27,818 nucleotides of DNA, taken from Robiginitomaculum sp. (lineage in GTDB: Bacteria; Pseudomonadota; Alphaproteobacteria; Caulobacterales; Maricaulaceae). The notes beneath the pieces are model-generated. The model did not search any database. It saw only the letters and a program-made list of their open reading frames with translations, and was not told where the DNA came from. Every line of letters begins with the position of its first letter. The first letter of the stretch is position 1. The DNA lies in contig JAESQI010000200.1 in the NCBI GenBank assembly GCA_016765255.1, positions 1 through 27,818 on the forward strand. Reading direction: 5' to 3'. Below, piece after piece: positions 26,479 to 27,818 of this stretch. The translations under genes were made by a program, and so were the position numbers.

Positions 26479-27818
26479 TGAGAGGTTTAGTATCTTGGTG
26501 GGCGAAGAACGGCGTTGCCGCAAATCTTCTTATGGTGGCCATTCTCTTAATGGGAATCGTCGGGTTTAACAAGTTAGAGCGAGAGTTTTTCCCAACCCTC
26601 ACCGTCAACGGCATGACCGTATCCGTGGTGTGGCAAGGTGCGTCGCCTAAAGACATTGAAGAACAATTGATCACCCGCATTGAAGACGCGGTTCAGGGAC
26701 TTGACGGCATTGATTATATTGAGGCCACCGCCCGCGAGGGCAGCGGTCAAGTCAATATCCGTACAAAAGTACGAGCTGATTATGACAAAATACTCAGTGA
26801 GGTCAAAGTCCGCGTCGACGGTATCAATAACTTCCCACCCGATATTTTTCGCCCCACCGTTATTCGCTGGGAAGCCCGTGCTGATTATATGTATCTTGCC
26901 CTGCACGGCGATATGGACAGGCTAACCCTACAACGATTGACCAATGATATCCGCAAGGAAATGGCCAAAATTCCTGGTGGAGAGCTGATCCAAGACATTA
27001 GTAAATTGGAAGAAGAAGTCACGATTGAAATCAGTGAAACAGCCCTTAGGCGTTTTGGTTTGACCTTCAGAGAGGTCGCCAGTGCCATATCTGGCAGTTC
27101 GGTTAATCTTTCTGCGGGCACGGTTAAAACCAGTAGCGGCAATTTGCAAATGAAGGCGCGTAATCTTGCCGACAGCAAATCTCAATTTGAAAACATTATC
27201 ATTCGCCAAACCCAAGACGGGGGCAAAGTATATCTAAGAGACATAGCCCGTATCCATGACGGATTTGAGGACTATGATTTTGTCGCGACCTATGACGGTG
27301 AAACGGCAACTATGTTTCAAGTGACCACGCCTGATATAATGAATGTGACAAAAGCGGGCAAAGGCTTTCGAGAATATATCGCCCAAAAGAACCAAGAACT
27401 ACCGCCAGGGGTTACGCTATCCATGTGGTTTGACGGCTCCACCGTATTTGACAGTCGCATGAACCTGATTGGCAGCAATGCTCTTTTGGGCATGGTTCTT
27501 GTCCTGATTATTCTGGTTTTATTTTTGCGGCCCGCCGTCGCGCTTTGGGTAACAATTGGCATTATGGTTTCATTTGCTGGTGCTATTGCCGTTATGCCTT
27601 ATCTTGGGGTTAGCCTCAATATGATCTCCACATTCGCGATTTTACTGGTGATTGGCATCGTGGTGGACGACGCCATCGTGGTGGGGGAAAGTATCCATTT
27701 TCACGTGGAACACGGAATCACGGGCGAAAAGGGTGCTATTGCGGGTACAAATATGGTGATTAAACCCGTATTTTTTGCTGTGATTACAACCATTATGACC
27801 TTTATGCCGTGGATGTTA
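26478..27818 (+). CDS. RND efflux permease (AcrB/AcrD/AcrF family), N-terminal part, runs off the right edge
   Basis: Not in the ORF track. ATG overlaps the adaptor stop (TAATG). Manual translation gives MRGLVSWWAKNGVAANLLMVAILLMG..EFFP..WQGASPKDIEEQLITRIEDAV and later SLNMISTFAILLVIGIVVDDAIVVGE. Confidence 0.95.
   Translation, partial: MRGLVSWWAKNGVAANLLMVAILLMGIVGFNKLEREFFPTLTVNGMTVSVVWQGASPKDIEEQLITRIEDAVQGLDGIDYIEATAREGSGQVNIRTKVRADYDKILSEVKVRVDGINNFPPDIFRPTVIRWEARADYMYLALHGDMDRLTLQRLTNDIRKEMAKIPGGELIQDISKLEEEVTIEISETALRRFGLTFREVASAISGSSVNLSAGTVKTSSGNLQMKARNLADSKSQFENIIIRQTQDGGKVYLRDIARIHDGFEDYDFVATYDGETATMFQVTTPDIMNVTKAGKGFREYIAQKNQELPPGVTLSMWFDGSTVFDSRMNLIGSNALLGMVLVLIILVLFLRPAVALWVTIGIMVSFAGAIAVMPYLGVSLNMISTFAILLVIGIVVDDAIVVGESIHFHVEHGITGEKGAIAGTNMVIKPVFFAVITTIMTFMPWML

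Noticed and set aside
25962-26523. Hydrophobic minus-strand ORFs 25962..26462 and 26299..26523
   Set aside because: Their Phe/Leu richness is the mirror image of the AAA/AAG lysine codons in the adaptor tail.
26447-27562. Several short minus-strand ORFs at the right end
   Set aside because: Antisense to the uninterrupted RND permease frame starting at 26478.
1-27818. Prophage, IS element, integrase, CRISPR array, tRNA or rRNA
   Set aside because: No such genes, regular repeat-spacer pattern or terminal repeats were seen. A covariance-model scan would be needed to exclude small RNAs fully.

Overview
Chromosomal segment of an alphaproteobacterium (gcrA, alpha-type dCTP deaminase and a GAAC-N7-GAAC LexA box; a Caulobacterales/Maricaulales-like lineage is inferred, not proven). 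Left to right: partial ahcY; a cluster of envelope sugar-precursor genes (kdsD-like isomerase, PMM/PGM, a GGCT-fold gene, divergent glmM and glmS); an accessory block (translationally coupled lipoprotein alpha/beta-hydrolase, membrane protein, XRE regulator and small membrane protein, a divergent radical SAM gene, two tandem exported S9 peptidases); the dcd, apaG, hslO, argF, argD, ABC-2 permease, gcrA neighbourhood, interrupted by a LexA-boxed stand-alone Y-family polymerase and trkH; and a tripartite RND efflux system running off the right edge. I saw no rRNA, tRNA, CRISPR array or transposase. The most interesting signals are non-coding or sub-genic: a helically phased array of NrdR-box-like palindromes plus a DnaA box upstream of gcrA, tandem 18-bp operators between the hydrolase-XRE operon and the radical SAM gene, an in-frame synonymous-diverged copy of the last 7 codons behind the amber stop of one S9 peptidase, and a Lys-rich repeat tail on the RND adaptor.
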